From NCBI GenBank assembly GCA_963813025.1, contig CAWEXO010000011.1:672001-736000 (forward strand): a stretch of DNA of 64,000 nucleotides, given 5' to 3'. A program made the translations under genes and the position numbers. How positions within the stretch are numbered: the stretch's first letter is position 1; every line of letters begins with the position of its first letter. The notes beneath the pieces were generated by a model that was given only the letters and a program-made list of their open reading frames with translations, did no database searches and was not told the DNA's origin. This DNA comes from an uncultured Verrucomicrobiae bacterium. GTDB taxonomy: Bacteria > Verrucomicrobiota > Verrucomicrobiia > Chthoniobacterales > JAFAMB01. This document shows positions 21,792-33,137 of this stretch, one piece after another.

Positions 21792-21813
21792 ACAGGCTGG
21801 AAGCCCGTGCCAC
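21792..21813. repeat. REP family B (ACARGCTGGAAGCY...); other copies at 6808-6829, 34323-34344, 47337-47358, 50361-50382
   Basis: acaggctggaagcccgtgccac / acaggctggaagcctgtgccac / acaagctggaagcttgttttac / acaagctggaagcttaccc. Confidence 0.8.
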
Positions 21814-21928
21814 TTTCCCGCCGTGACACCGCATCTTGGGTCTGTCGAACTTTGAGTTATCGGTGGCCCGCGCGATCGAGCTATCCTTCGTAATGGAGGT
21901 TAGAGACTTGTCCCAACGCATCTTTGAT

Positions 21929-22047
21929 CCTGTGCCGGTAGGGCGAAAACTTGTTTGAGCCGCCTGGAGCGGGTGGCTCACCCCAGCGTCCGGCTCAAAC
22001 AAGTTCTCGCTAATGCTCGAATAAATTTTCGCCCTACCGGCGCCGGG
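21929..22047. repeat. REP/MITE family A, copy 2
   Basis: ccggtagggcgaaaa ... ttttcgccctaccgg terminal inverted arms with inner aacttgtttgagcc/ggctcaaacaagtt stem. Confidence 0.9.
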
Positions 22048-22421
22048 CAGTGCGGCACTCTGAGAGGATCTCTAACTTTCGCGCGGCCAATCGCTCGATG
22101 GCGCACCGCAGATTCCCAAAGTCCAACATGCCCATCTTGCCGGTGAAACTTCAAATTTTGCTTTGTCTTTACCTTTGCGACCTCCTGTTCAGTTAAATCT
22201 CCTCTTTCCGGTCATCTTAGAACCTCAGTCTACCGATAGCGGTGCACGGCGCCCCCTCCGGTCGAGTGTTTGCGCTCTAACCTCGCGCGAACTGAGCCCA
22301 CCCTCAGATCAGCGCGGTTTAGTTCGCGTCCTTGCACGGTTTGTGCGATTATGTCAGCTTTCACGGTTTCCGCCCCGCTCCGGATCACTTGATCCATCAT
22401 CTCAGCCCGTTGCCCAATTTT

Positions 22422-24791
22422 ATGAAAGTCTGCCCGACGTCCATTCTGCTCTTCTCTATCACCCTCGCGCTCTGGCCACGGGTAATTTCACCGGCAGCCG
22501 CCGCAGGTACAGAGATAGCGGCAAAGGGTTCTCTCTCGGAACCAACCGACCCTGGTTGGCCGCGCGAGATTACCCGGAACGGGATTCGTTTCGTGTATTA
22601 CCAGCCCCAGGTCGATGACTGGAAAGACTTTCACGAGCTCCGGGCGCGACTTGCTTTTACCCTTACCCCCAAAGGCGGAAAACCCGTCGCCGGAATCGAA
22701 GAGTTAAGCGGCCGCACCGTGCCTAATCTGGAGACTCGTACTGTCGCAATCGATAATATCGAGATTGTCGCTGTCCGATTCCCGTCTTTATCGGACTCAG
22801 AGGCTGAGAAGATGAGCGAACTGCTTCGCTCGACGTTTCCAGGCAAACCGCTAACCGTCTCTTTGGACCGTCTGATTGCGAGTGCCCAAGTGGGCGAAGA
22901 AAAGGTTAAACCCGTTGCGGTAAAGACTGACGCACCGCCCATCTTCACGAGTACGGAACCAGCTGTGCTTTTAACGGTTGACGCTAAACCGGTCTTAGCG
23001 CCGATCAAAGGTTCGCAGCTGAAATTTGTTCTCAACACCAATTGGGACCTTTTTTTCGCTCCAAGCGATTCGCACTATTACCTCTTGATCAAGAAGCTAT
23101 GGCTCAGCGCCGATTCGCTGGATGGTCGCTGGACCCCAACGAGAAAATTGCCTGTCGAATTTGGAAACCTCCCGAGCGACTGGGATCGAGTGAAACAGGC
23201 GCTTCCGCCCCGAGCCGAACAGGGAAAGCCGCCTAAAGTGTTCTTTTCGGCGGTTCCAGCGGAACTCATCATCTTTTCCGGCGCGCCTAGCTTCAAGAGC
23301 ATTCCAGGAACACAACTTTCGTACGCCACCAATACGAAGAGCTGGATTTTTCGGGACGCGGCGCAGAACGAGATTTATTACCTGGTGACCGGGCGTTGGT
23401 TCCGTGCTGATAGCTTAACCGGTCCGTGGAGTTATGCTGGAAACGACCTCCCGCCAGATTTTCAGCAAATTCCCACCGAAAGCGCGGCTGCAGAGGTTCT
23501 CTCTTCCGTTCCGGGCACCAGCGAGGCCGAAGATGCTGTCTTGTTGGCGCAAATTCCAACTTCTGCGGTGATTGACCGGGCGGACGCCGAATCCAAGGTC
23601 AAGGTCGAGTACCAGGGTGAGCCGCAGTTCGCGGCAATCGAAGGGACGGACCTTCGCTACGCCACTAACACCGATGCGACCGTTATCCAGGTGGAAGATC
23701 GATATTACCTCTGTGCGAACGCGGTGTGGTTTGTTGCTCCTGACCCCACTGGGCCATGGAAAACAGTCACGGAAGTACCGCCAGTGATCTACACGATCCC
23801 ACCGAGCAGCCCGGTCTATCGCGCGACGTACGTAAAGGTTGATGGATCCAATGAAAAGGAAGTCACCTGTAGCTATACGGCCGGCTACTCCGGGGCTTAC
23901 GTTGCCAAGGCGGCTGCGGCGGCTGTGCTGGTCTGGGGAACGGGTTACTATTATCCGCCGTACGTTTATCCCGCGCCGGTCCCAATCTACCATCCCTATT
24001 ATCCCACCTATGGAGTTGCCGCCACCTATTATCCGGCGACTGGCTACTACGCTACTGGAGGATATGCTTACGGACCGTACAATAGCGCCGGTCAAGCGGC
24101 TTGGTATAATCCGAGCACGGGCGCCTACGGGCGGGCCTACACCACGCAGAGTTCCTACGGCGGCCAAACCAGCGCCTGGGGCTACAATCCCAGCACGGGC
24201 ACTTCCTGGAACACCCAGCAAGGGCACAACTATTACAGCCAATGGGGAACTTCCACGGCCCAGCGCAACGGCGAGACCTACCAGGCGGGACACGTCGTGA
24301 CGAATTATGGTAGTACCGCGGTGGCGAAAGGCCCGGATAACTTATACGCCGGTCACGATGGCAACGTGTATAAACGAGATGATAACGGGAACTGGTCGAA
24401 GTACGACAATGGTCAGTGGCAACCGGTCAGTCAGCCTCAGCGAAATAATGAATCAAGGCAGAAACAGCCCGGAACTCAGCAGAATAACAGTTTATCAAGT
24501 CAGCCCAGCTCCGCTTCTCCGAATGCGCAAAGCAAGCGACAAGCGAACAATACTCCTTCGCAGAACCAGGGGCAATCGCGCGAAGCCAGGCAGACAACCA
24601 ATGGTCGAGCAAAACAGCGCTCCGACGAACCGACAGCCGGCCTCGAGCGCGAAGCGTCTGCGCGACAACGCGGCTCCGAGCGCGTGAACCTGCAGCAGCG
24701 CCGCGCACAATCGGGGGCTGCGAGAAATCGTCGTTTCGGAGCTGAGCGTGGATCAAGAGGTTCGCGAGATCGATTCTCCGGTCGTCAGTAA
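22422..24791 (+). CDS. Large secreted protein with Tyr/Gly-rich region and Gln/Arg-rich tail
   Basis: Signal peptide, WPREI..YYQPQV, repeated W-x-A-x-S-L-x-G-P-W units, YNPSTG repeats, YAGHDGNVYK. Confidence 0.75.
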   Translation: MKVCPTSILLFSITLALWPRVISPAAAAGTEIAAKGSLSEPTDPGWPREITRNGIRFVYYQPQVDDWKDFHELRARLAFTLTPKGGKPVAGIEELSGRTVPNLETRTVAIDNIEIVAVRFPSLSDSEAEKMSELLRSTFPGKPLTVSLDRLIASAQVGEEKVKPVAVKTDAPPIFTSTEPAVLLTVDAKPVLAPIKGSQLKFVLNTNWDLFFAPSDSHYYLLIKKLWLSADSLDGRWTPTRKLPVEFGNLPSDWDRVKQALPPRAEQGKPPKVFFSAVPAELIIFSGAPSFKSIPGTQLSYATNTKSWIFRDAAQNEIYYLVTGRWFRADSLTGPWSYAGNDLPPDFQQIPTESAAAEVLSSVPGTSEAEDAVLLAQIPTSAVIDRADAESKVKVEYQGEPQFAAIEGTDLRYATNTDATVIQVEDRYYLCANAVWFVAPDPTGPWKTVTEVPPVIYTIPPSSPVYRATYVKVDGSNEKEVTCSYTAGYSGAYVAKAAAAAVLVWGTGYYYPPYVYPAPVPIYHPYYPTYGVAATYYPATGYYATGGYAYGPYNSAGQAAWYNPSTGAYGRAYTTQSSYGGQTSAWGYNPSTGTSWNTQQGHNYYSQWGTSTAQRNGETYQAGHVVTNYGSTAVAKGPDNLYAGHDGNVYKRDDNGNWSKYDNGQWQPVSQPQRNNESRQKQPGTQQNNSLSSQPSSASPNAQSKRQANNTPSQNQGQSREARQTTNGRAKQRSDEPTAGLEREASARQRGSERVNLQQRRAQSGAARNRRFGAERGSRGSRDRFSGRQ

Positions 24792-24828
24792 CTCCACTTG
24801 CATGGGAAAATCGCGGGCGGACACAGGC

Positions 24829-25990
24829 ATGAGCAGGTTTTTCCGGCTTGTTCTCGAATCGTTGAAGCGTTCGCCCGAATTCGGTTTGTGTTTCGCCAGT
24901 CTGACACTCTCGAGCTGTTCAAAACCGCCGCGGAATGAAGTCATCCCGGGTCCTCCTGAAGTTCTGGTGACGGAGGTCCTGCAACAGGATGTGCCGATTG
25001 TGCGAGAATGGATCGGATCACTGGACGGTTCAGTAAATGCTGACATTCGAGCGCGAGTATCCGGCTACATCATTTCCCAGAGCTATAGGGAGGGCGCCGT
25101 GCGTCCAGAAAGGTGACCTGCTCTTCCAAATTGACGACAGCGCGTACGAAGCTGCTTTGGAGCAAGCAAAAGCGGCCCTCGCTCAAGCGGTCGCCAACCA
25201 GCTCCAAACCGAACAAACGGAAAAGCGTGTCCAGGAGCTTTTCTCCCAAAGGGTGGAGAGCGCTCAGGACCGGGACAACGCAGTTCAGCAAAACGACGCG
25301 GCCAAAGCAGTCGTAAAGGCCCAGGAAGCCGCGGTCAAACAGGCTCAAGTGAATCTTCAGTTCACCAAATTGACCGCACCGGTCACCGGTATCGCCGGGA
25401 TAGCCAATCCGGGCATCGGCGATCTGGTTAGTCCAAGCGACGCGCAGCCGCTCACTACAATTTCCACCGTGGATCCGATCAAAGCCTACTTCCAATTGAG
25501 CGAGCAGGATTACCTCAAAGCCGCAGAGAGTCTCGAACGTGACCGAAACGGTCGGATCCAACAACCACCGGTGGAAATGGTCCTTTCCAATGGCCAATTG
25601 TATCCAGCGAAGGGAACGTTCTCTGCCGTCGATCGGCAAGTTGACACACAGACCGGCACGATTCGCCTGGCGGCGCTTTTCCCAAACCCACAGAATGTCT
25701 TGCGCCCAGGGCAATTCGTGCGCATTCGGGTGACGGTGAAAACCCAGCGCGGAGCCTTACTCGTCCCGCAGCGCGCGGTAAACCAGTTACAAACCAGCTA
25801 TGAGGTGGCGGTGGTGGGCAGCGACAACAAAGTCCAGATGCGTTCCGTAAAGCTTGGCGAGCTCTTCGGTTCGCTTTGGATCATCAAGGAGGGTTTGCAG
25901 GCCGGAGAACATGTTGTCGTAGAAGGACTCCAGAAAGTGAAGGACGGCGAACTAACCAAGCCGATGCCGTGGACCAAGGCTCCGGGCTAA
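24829..25990 (+). CDS. RND efflux membrane fusion protein (AcrA-like lipoprotein), frameshift near 25095
   Basis: Lipobox LSSC, IRARVSGYI, VQKGDLLFQID, TAPVTG, VDTQTGT, LRPGQF. Confidence 0.9.
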
Positions 25991-25993
25991 GGT

Positions 25994-28900
25994 ATGGCGC
26001 ATTTCTTCGTCCAACGGCCGATTCTCGCGGTTGTTGTTGCTATCTTTACCATCATTCTCGGTGGGTTAGCGCTGACGGTTCTGCCAATTTCCCTATTTCC
26101 CAATATCACCCCTCCGGAAATCATTGTGTCAGCCAGCTACCCGGGGGCTGATGCGGTGACCGTTGAGCAAGCCGTGGCTACGCCGATCGAGCAGCAGATC
26201 AGCGGTGTAGATAACATGAATTACATGTACTCCCTCAATGCGAACACTGGTCAAATGCGGTTGCGGGTGAACTTTGACGAACAATCAAATCCCAAAACGG
26301 ACCAGGTGCTCACCCAGATGCGCCAGGCGCAAGCCAGTGCGCAGCTTCCGCCTGAGGTAGCGGCTCAGGGCGTCAGCGTTCAAAAGTCTTTCGCTGCTCC
26401 GTTGATGCTCGTCGCCCTCCGCTCAGCCGATGCCCGTTATGATTCCCAGTTCCTGACTAATTACGCCTATATCAATCTTAATGACCGCCTGACTCGCCTC
26501 CCGGGCATTTCTAATGTCCAGGTATTCGGATCGGGACAGTACGCGATTCGCATCTGGCTAAGTCCGGACCAACTCGCCAGATTTAATCTCACGGTATCGG
26601 AAGTCATCAACGCTCTTCAGCAACAGAACGCCGTTAATCCCATCGGAGTGCTCGGCGGAGAACCAGTTCCGAAAGGGCAGGAATTTGCCTTGATGGCGGT
26701 CGCCCGCGGCCCGCTCGTCACGCCAGACCAATTTGGCAACATCGTCGTTCGGGAGACATCCAATGGAGGGATTGTTCGAATCAGAGATTTGGGCCGGGTC
26801 GAATTGGGCTCCCAGGTTTACACCACAAAGGCCCGGTTGAACGGCGAGCCGAGTGCCATTGTTGCCATCTATCAGCTACCTGGGAGCAATGCGTTGGCGG
26901 CGGCCCGAAGGAGTCAAGCGGCTGCTGGCCGAGCTCAAGCCGCATTTTCCGCGCGGGCTGGATTATGTGGTCTCGCTGGACACGACCTTACCGGTCACGG
27001 CGGGGATCAAGGAGATGGTTAAGACCTTGTTGGAGGCGATGGGGTTAGTGATCCTGGTTGTTTACCTGTTTTTACAGAGTTGGCGGGCTACCCTGATTCC
27101 GTTGTTGGCGGTGCCGGTCTCCTTGATTGGCACCTTTGTATTCTTTTCCGCTGCTGGGTTTTTCCATTAACACCCTTTCTTTGTTCGGTCTGGTCCTGGC
27201 CATTGGCTTGGTGGTTGATGATGCCATTGTGGTGGTCGAGGCGGTCGAGCGCCATCTGGAAGCCGGACTTAGTCCCAAAGAAGCTACCCTGCAGGCTATG
27301 AAGGAGATCACCGGGCCGGTCATTGGGGTAGCCCTGGTGTTAGCCTCGGTTTTTGTGCCCACGGCTTTTATTCCGGGCATCACCGGGCGACTCTATCAGC
27401 AGTTTGCCGTCACCATCGCCGTGTCGGTGCTCATTTCGGCATTCAACGCGCTGACCCTCAGTCCGGCGCTCTGCGCGCTCTTGCTACGTCCGCGCCGCCG
27501 GCAGAGCGGTGTGTTGGGCCAGTGCTTTGTTGGTTTCAATGATCTCTTTGGCCGAGTTACCAATGGTTACATTCGGGTGGCGGCCTTCTTTATTCGCCGC
27601 ACCGTCCTGGCGCTGTTTGTGCTAGCGGCCTTCGCGGCCGCCGCCTTCTTCTTTGGCAAAAAACTGCCTACCAGCTTTCTGCCCGACGAAGACCAGGGCT
27701 TCTTCTATGTCAATCTCCAGCTGCCCGCGGCGGCCTCGCTCCAGCGTACCGACCAGGTCTGTCGCCAGATCGAAGCGATCCTCGCCCAAACACCAGGCGT
27801 TCGTTACACCTCGACGGTAGCCGGGTTCAGTTTACTGAGCAACGTCCAGACTACCTATAATGGCTTTTTCTTCGTCAGCTTATCGCCCTGGGCGACCCGT
27901 AAGCAGCTTGCTGAGCAATATCAGGTGATTAAAGGCAGGTTAAACCTGAAGTTAATTCAGCTCCCGCAAGGCACCGTTTTCGCTTTTTCACCGCCGGCGA
28001 TCGCGGGGATCGGCTCGGCCGGCGGCGTTACCTTTGTCCTGGAGGATCGGGTCGATAAAGGCGCGGCTTTCCTAGCTGCCAATGTCGACCGTTTTCTAAT
28101 TGCGGCTCGGCAACGGACCGAGTTAGCTCGAGTAACCACAACCTTGTTGCCGAGCGTGCCGCAAGTTTACGTGAAGATCGACCGAGAAAAGGCTTTGAAG
28201 CAAGGAGTCGCTTTGCAGGACATCCAGCAAACCCTCCAAACCTTTCTCGGCGGAGCGCTGGTGAATACGTTCAACCGCTTTGGCCGGCAGTGGCAAGTGT
28301 ACGTCCAGGCGGAGGACAAATTTCGCGCCAGGGCGGCTCAGCTTGGACAGTTTTACGTTCGCAATAACTCGGGCAAAGCTGTTCCGCTCGCAGCGGTGAC
28401 TCTGATGGAACAGCGATTTGGCCCCGAGTTTACCATGCGTTACAATCTCTACCGTTCCGCGCAGATTCAGGCGACGGCCGCGCCCGGCCACAGTTCAGCG
28501 CAAGCGATGAGGGCACTTGAACAGGTTTTTGCGCAGACGATGGCTCCAGAGATGGGTTTCGACTACCTGGGGATGTCATTTCAGGAACAGAAAGCCCAAC
28601 GAGCTGCTTCGCCGATGGTTGTTTTTGGATTTTCGTTGCTGTTCGTCTTTCTGATCCTGGCTGCGCTCTATGAAAGTTGGTCGCTGCCATTCAGCGTACT
28701 CTTGAGCACGCCAGTTGCTGTTTTCGGGGCATTGGGCGCTCTTTACTTGCGACGAAACATCACCGCGGCGGTGCTGCCTCCCATTTTGGTCCAAATCGAG
28801 AACAACGTGTACGCCCAGATCGGTCTGGTGATGATCATTGGTCTGGTGGCGAAGAACGCGATTCTTATTGTGGAGTTTGCCAAGTCAGAACACGAGCGAG

Positions 28901-29214
28901 GCGCTGCCGCGAGCGACGCCGCTCTCACCGGTGCTCGCCTTCGGCTTCGTCCTATCTTGATGACCTCTTTCGCTTTTATCGTCGGCTGCGCTCCGCTCGC
29001 TTTTGCGTCCGGTTCCGGCGCGCTCGCGCGTCAGGTGCTGGGTACAGGCGTCATCGGCGGTATGCTCGCGGCGAGTCTGCTCGCTATCTTCCTCGTGCCG
29101 GCGGGATATTGTTTCACCGAAAAGCTGGCAGCACTCTTCGGGAGGCAAGTCCAACCCCAGCGTTCTAGCCTTCCCCGGCCGCTCGATAATCCGCCGCGAG
29201 GCGCGGACAATTGA
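25994..29214 (+). CDS. RND (HAE1) efflux permease 1, two +1 indels (~26905, ~27145)
   Basis: FFVQRPI, ATPIEQQ, GLVVDDAIVVVE, AKNAILIVEFA, RLRPILMTSFAF. Confidence 0.92.
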
Positions 29215-29232
29215 CCGTCACCGTGAAATAGC

Positions 29233-32200
29233 ATGTCAGGTTTCTTTATTCGCCGGCCAATTGTCGCCATAGTTATTTCCGTCCTAACCGTGATCCTGGG
29301 ACTGCTGGCCGCCGCCGTTTTGCCGGTCTCTTTATATCCGGAGATTGTTAACCCGGAAACAGTCATCACCGCCAACTATCCGGGAGCGGATGCGAAAACG
29401 GTCGAACAATCGGTTGCTACGCCGGTCGAGCAGCAGATGAGCGGGGTGGATGACATGAACTACATGTACTCCGTCAATGCGAACAGCGGGCAAATGGTCC
29501 TGACTATAAACTTCGCGCTCAACACCGATCCAAACACGGACCAGATTCTTGCTCAGATGAGGCAGACTCAAGCGTCGTCTCAGCTGCCTGCAGCCGTAAC
29601 GAATCTCGGCGTCACCGTGCAGAAGTCCCTCTCGGCACCGCTCATGGTTATCGCCTTGTACTCACCGGATAATAGTCGAGACGCTTTGTTCCTCTCAAAC
29701 TATACTTATATCAATCTCAACGACGCTCTGACCCGAGTACGCGGAATCTCCAACGTTCAGGTGTCTGGTGCCGGACCTTATGCCATGCGCTTATGGCTGA
29801 ATCCCACTCAACTGGCCAATCTACGTTTAACCGTCCCGGATATTGTTAGCGCTGTTCAAGCGCAGAATACGGTCAATTCCGCCGGCCAACTGGGCAGTGA
29901 ACCGGCACCGGCCGGCCAGGAGTTTACCTATACGGCACGGTCTCAAGGTCGACTGACTAGTCCGGAAGATTTTGGCGAGATCATCATTCGGTCCGAATCC
30001 AATGGTGGTAGTGTCAAGCTCCAGGACCTCGGCAGGGTGGAACTAGGTGCGGAATCCTATTCCACGATGGGCAGGCTAGATGGAAAGCCGGCCGCGGTGG
30101 TATCGATTTATCAGCTACCTGGGAGCAATGCGTTGGCGGCGGCCCAAGGGGTCAAGCGGCTGCTGGCCGAGCTCAAGCCGCATTTTCCGCGCGGGCTGGA
30201 TTATGTGGTCTCGCTGGACACGACCTTACCGGTCACGGCGGGGATCAAGGAGATGGTTAAGACCTTGTTGGAGGCGATGGGGTTAGTGATCCTGGTTGTT
30301 TACCTGTTTTTACAGAGTTGGCGGGCTACCCTGATTCCGTTGTTGGCGGTGCCGGTCTCCTTGATTGGCACCTTTGTATTCTTTCCGCTGCTGGGTTTTT
30401 CCATTAACACCCTTTCTTTGTTCGGTCTGGTCCTGGCCATTGGCTTGGTGGTTGATGATGCCATTGTGGTGGTCGAGGCGGTCGAGCGCCATCTGGAAGC
30501 CGGACTTAGTCCCAAAGAAGCTACCCTGCAGGCTATGAAGGAGATCACCGGGCCGGTCATTGGGGTAGCCCTGGTGTTAGCCTCGGTTTTTGTGCCCACG
30601 GCTTTTATTCCGGGCATCACCGGGCGACTCTATCAGCAGTTTGCCGTCACCATCGCCGTGTCGGTGCTCATTTCGGCATTCAACGCGCTGACCCTCAGTC
30701 CGGCGCTCTGCGCGCTCTTGCTACGTCCGCGCCGCCGGCAGAGCGGTGTGTTGGGCCAGTGCTTTGTTGGTTTCAATGATCTCTTTGGCCGAGTTACCAA
30801 TGGTTACATTCGGGTGGCGGCCTTCTTTATTCGCCGCACCGTCCTGGCGCTGTTTGTGCTAGCGGCCTTCGCGGCCGCCGCCTTCTTCTTTGGCAAAAAA
30901 CTGCCTACCAGCTTTCTGCCCGACGAAGACCAGGGCTTCTTCTATGTCAATCTCCAGCTGCCCGCGGCGGCCTCGCTCCAGCGTACCGACCAGGTCTGTC
31001 GCCAGATCGAAGCGATCCTCGCCCAAACACCAGGCGTTCGTTACACCACCACAACCATAGGGTCGAGTCTGCTGACCGGTGTGCAAAGCACCTACAACGG
31101 GTTCTTTTTTGTTACCCTGAAACCGTGGGAAGAACGCCGGGCGGCCGCCGAACAGTTTCAGGAAATCAAGTCCTCGCTGAACCGCAATCTGGCAAAGCTC
31201 CCATCCGGAATGGCGTTCGCCTTTTCTCCTCCGGCCATTCCCGGTGCTGGCGCCTCTGGAGATCTGACCTTCGTCCTGGAAGATCGCTCCAGTGGAGAAA
31301 CCGGGCATTTGGCCGAGAATGTTACCCATTTTCTGGCGGCTGCTCAAACCAGACGTGAGTTAGGGCAAGTGAGCACCACGTTTCAAGCGGAGGTTCCCCA
31401 AGTCTACATCGACGTCGATTACGAGAAGGCTTTAAAGCAGGGTGTGTCGGTGAGCGACATCTATACGACTATGCAAGCTTTCATGGGTGGAGCATTTGTT
31501 AACTACTTTAACCGTTTCGGTCGCCAGTGGCAGGTCTACCTGCAAGCCGAAGGAGAGTTCCGCACCAATCCGAACGACCTCGACCAATTTTACGTTCGCA
31601 ACTCGAACAACAGCATGGTGCCGCTCAACGCGCTCGCCCGGATCGAGCGCCGTACTGGACCCGAGTTTACGATGCGATACAACTTGTACGACTGCGCCCA
31701 GATTAACGCCACGCCGGCTGTCGGATTCACTTCAGACCAGGCGATGCGGGCCTTGGAGGAAGTCTTCCAGCAAACCATGCCTGATGATATGGGGTATAAC
31801 TATATCGGAATGTCTTTTCAGCAAAAGCAGGCACAGCAAGGGCTACCGCCCGCGGCGATATTCGGTTTTTCAGTACTTTTCGTTTTTTTGATTCTGGCGG
31901 CACTGTACGAGAGTTGGTCCCTCCCTTGCAGCGTGTTGCTGAGTACTCCGATTGCGGTCTTTGGCGCCTTCGGGATGCTCTACCTTCGACGACTCGCGGA
32001 CGAAGCATTCGGTTCGCCGTTCCTTGTTCAAATCGAAAACAATGTCTTCGCCCAAATCGGGCTGGTCATGATGATCGGGTTAGTGGCCAAGAACGCGATC
32101 CTGATTGTCGGATATGCCAAAGCCGAATACGAGAAAGGTCTTTCCCTAGTCGACGCCGCGCTCACGGGAGCGCGACTCCGCCTGCGGCCAATCTTAATGA

Positions 32201-32442
32201 CTTCCTTCGCGTTTATCCTCGGTTGTCTGCCGCTCTGGACGGCGTTCGGCTCGGGCGCGCTAGCCCGAAAAATCATGGGGACGACCGTGATTGGAGGAAT
32301 GCTCGCGGCAAGTCTTCTCGCCGTATTTTTTATTCCTGTTAGTTTTTGTTTCGTAGAACGGCTCACGCGTGCTCGGAAGGTTGACCGCGCAAGCCAAAAC
32401 CCGAGTCCGACCTTCCGATCGACAGAAGAAACCAAGTTATGA
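29233..32442 (+). CDS. RND (HAE1) efflux permease 2
   Basis: Intact 1069 aa ORF with the same RND motifs. Confidence 0.95.
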   Translation: MSGFFIRRPIVAIVISVLTVILGLLAAAVLPVSLYPEIVNPETVITANYPGADAKTVEQSVATPVEQQMSGVDDMNYMYSVNANSGQMVLTINFALNTDPNTDQILAQMRQTQASSQLPAAVTNLGVTVQKSLSAPLMVIALYSPDNSRDALFLSNYTYINLNDALTRVRGISNVQVSGAGPYAMRLWLNPTQLANLRLTVPDIVSAVQAQNTVNSAGQLGSEPAPAGQEFTYTARSQGRLTSPEDFGEIIIRSESNGGSVKLQDLGRVELGAESYSTMGRLDGKPAAVVSIYQLPGSNALAAAQGVKRLLAELKPHFPRGLDYVVSLDTTLPVTAGIKEMVKTLLEAMGLVILVVYLFLQSWRATLIPLLAVPVSLIGTFVFFPLLGFSINTLSLFGLVLAIGLVVDDAIVVVEAVERHLEAGLSPKEATLQAMKEITGPVIGVALVLASVFVPTAFIPGITGRLYQQFAVTIAVSVLISAFNALTLSPALCALLLRPRRRQSGVLGQCFVGFNDLFGRVTNGYIRVAAFFIRRTVLALFVLAAFAAAAFFFGKKLPTSFLPDEDQGFFYVNLQLPAAASLQRTDQVCRQIEAILAQTPGVRYTTTTIGSSLLTGVQSTYNGFFFVTLKPWEERRAAAEQFQEIKSSLNRNLAKLPSGMAFAFSPPAIPGAGASGDLTFVLEDRSSGETGHLAENVTHFLAAAQTRRELGQVSTTFQAEVPQVYIDVDYEKALKQGVSVSDIYTTMQAFMGGAFVNYFNRFGRQWQVYLQAEGEFRTNPNDLDQFYVRNSNNSMVPLNALARIERRTGPEFTMRYNLYDCAQINATPAVGFTSDQAMRALEEVFQQTMPDDMGYNYIGMSFQQKQAQQGLPPAAIFGFSVLFVFLILAALYESWSLPCSVLLSTPIAVFGAFGMLYLRRLADEAFGSPFLVQIENNVFAQIGLVMMIGLVAKNAILIVGYAKAEYEKGLSLVDAALTGARLRLRPILMTSFAFILGCLPLWTAFGSGALARKIMGTTVIGGMLAASLLAVFFIPVSFCFVERLTRARKVDRASQNPSPTFRSTEETKL

Positions 32443-32801
32443 TCGAAAAGACACCGTCCCGTTATGTTGTATTACTTTTTGTCGGCATGTTGGCATTGGC
32501 TGCCAATGGCTTAGCGCAATCCTCGCCTGAGGAGCAGATGCGAGGAATGAGCAGCAAGCTCCAGCTTACCGAGAAGCAAAAGGTGCAGATGGCCCCGCTA
32601 GTAAGGAAACAATTCCGCGATTTCAAAGCGCTCGAAGAAAACACCTCGATGGGCAAATTACAGAAGCTGCGTCAAGCTAAAGAACTGCAGGCTAATTTTC
32701 ATCATGAAGCATCGAGAGTTTTGAGACCCGACCAAATGAAGAAGTTGGAAGAGATGCAGGCAGAGCGACGGGCGGGCTTAATGAGCGGCGGACGGTCCTG
32801 A
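32439..32801 (+). CDS. Small exported helical protein, Spy/CpxP-like
   Basis: Signal peptide; LQLTEKQK and VLRPDQMKK resemble LTxxQ motifs; overlaps RND stop (ATGA). Confidence 0.6.
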   Translation: MIEKTPSRYVVLLFVGMLALAANGLAQSSPEEQMRGMSSKLQLTEKQKVQMAPLVRKQFRDFKALEENTSMGKLQKLRQAKELQANFHHEASRVLRPDQMKKLEEMQAERRAGLMSGGRS

Positions 32802-32945
32802 CGCGGACAGTTGCCAGAAATAGGGTAAGCTCCCGGTACGTAAGGCGCAGTGCCTCCTGCGTCAGCCTTTGGTCTTGCTGACCGACCATAGATAGCCTGC
32901 ACACTCGGTCTCGCAACGTGGCTTAGTTTGCTCGCTAGTTAGACT

Positions 32946-33085
32946 CTGTGCTGGTAGGGCGAAAACTCATCTGAGCCTTCGGCGAAGACTCGTTTGAGCC
33001 GGACCCGGAAGGTCGCAGCGCCGAAGACGGCTCAAACAAGTTCTCGCTGAGGCTCGAATAAATTTCGCCCCTACCGGACCTGGAC
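32946..33085. repeat. REP/MITE family A, copy 3 (between convergent genes)
   Basis: ggtagggcgaaaactcatctgagccttcggcgaagactcgtttgagcc...ggctcaaacaagttctcgctgaggctcgaataaatttcgcccctacc. Confidence 0.9.
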
Positions 33086-33137
33086 CGAACGACGTTGCGA
33101 GAAGCGCCGCGAATTCTCGCCTTATCGGCACGATTAG

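Noticed and set aside
26870..31047. Diversity-generating retroelement TR/VR pair
   Set aside because: No adenine-specific mismatches, the repeat is far too long, and there is no reverse transcriptase in the window
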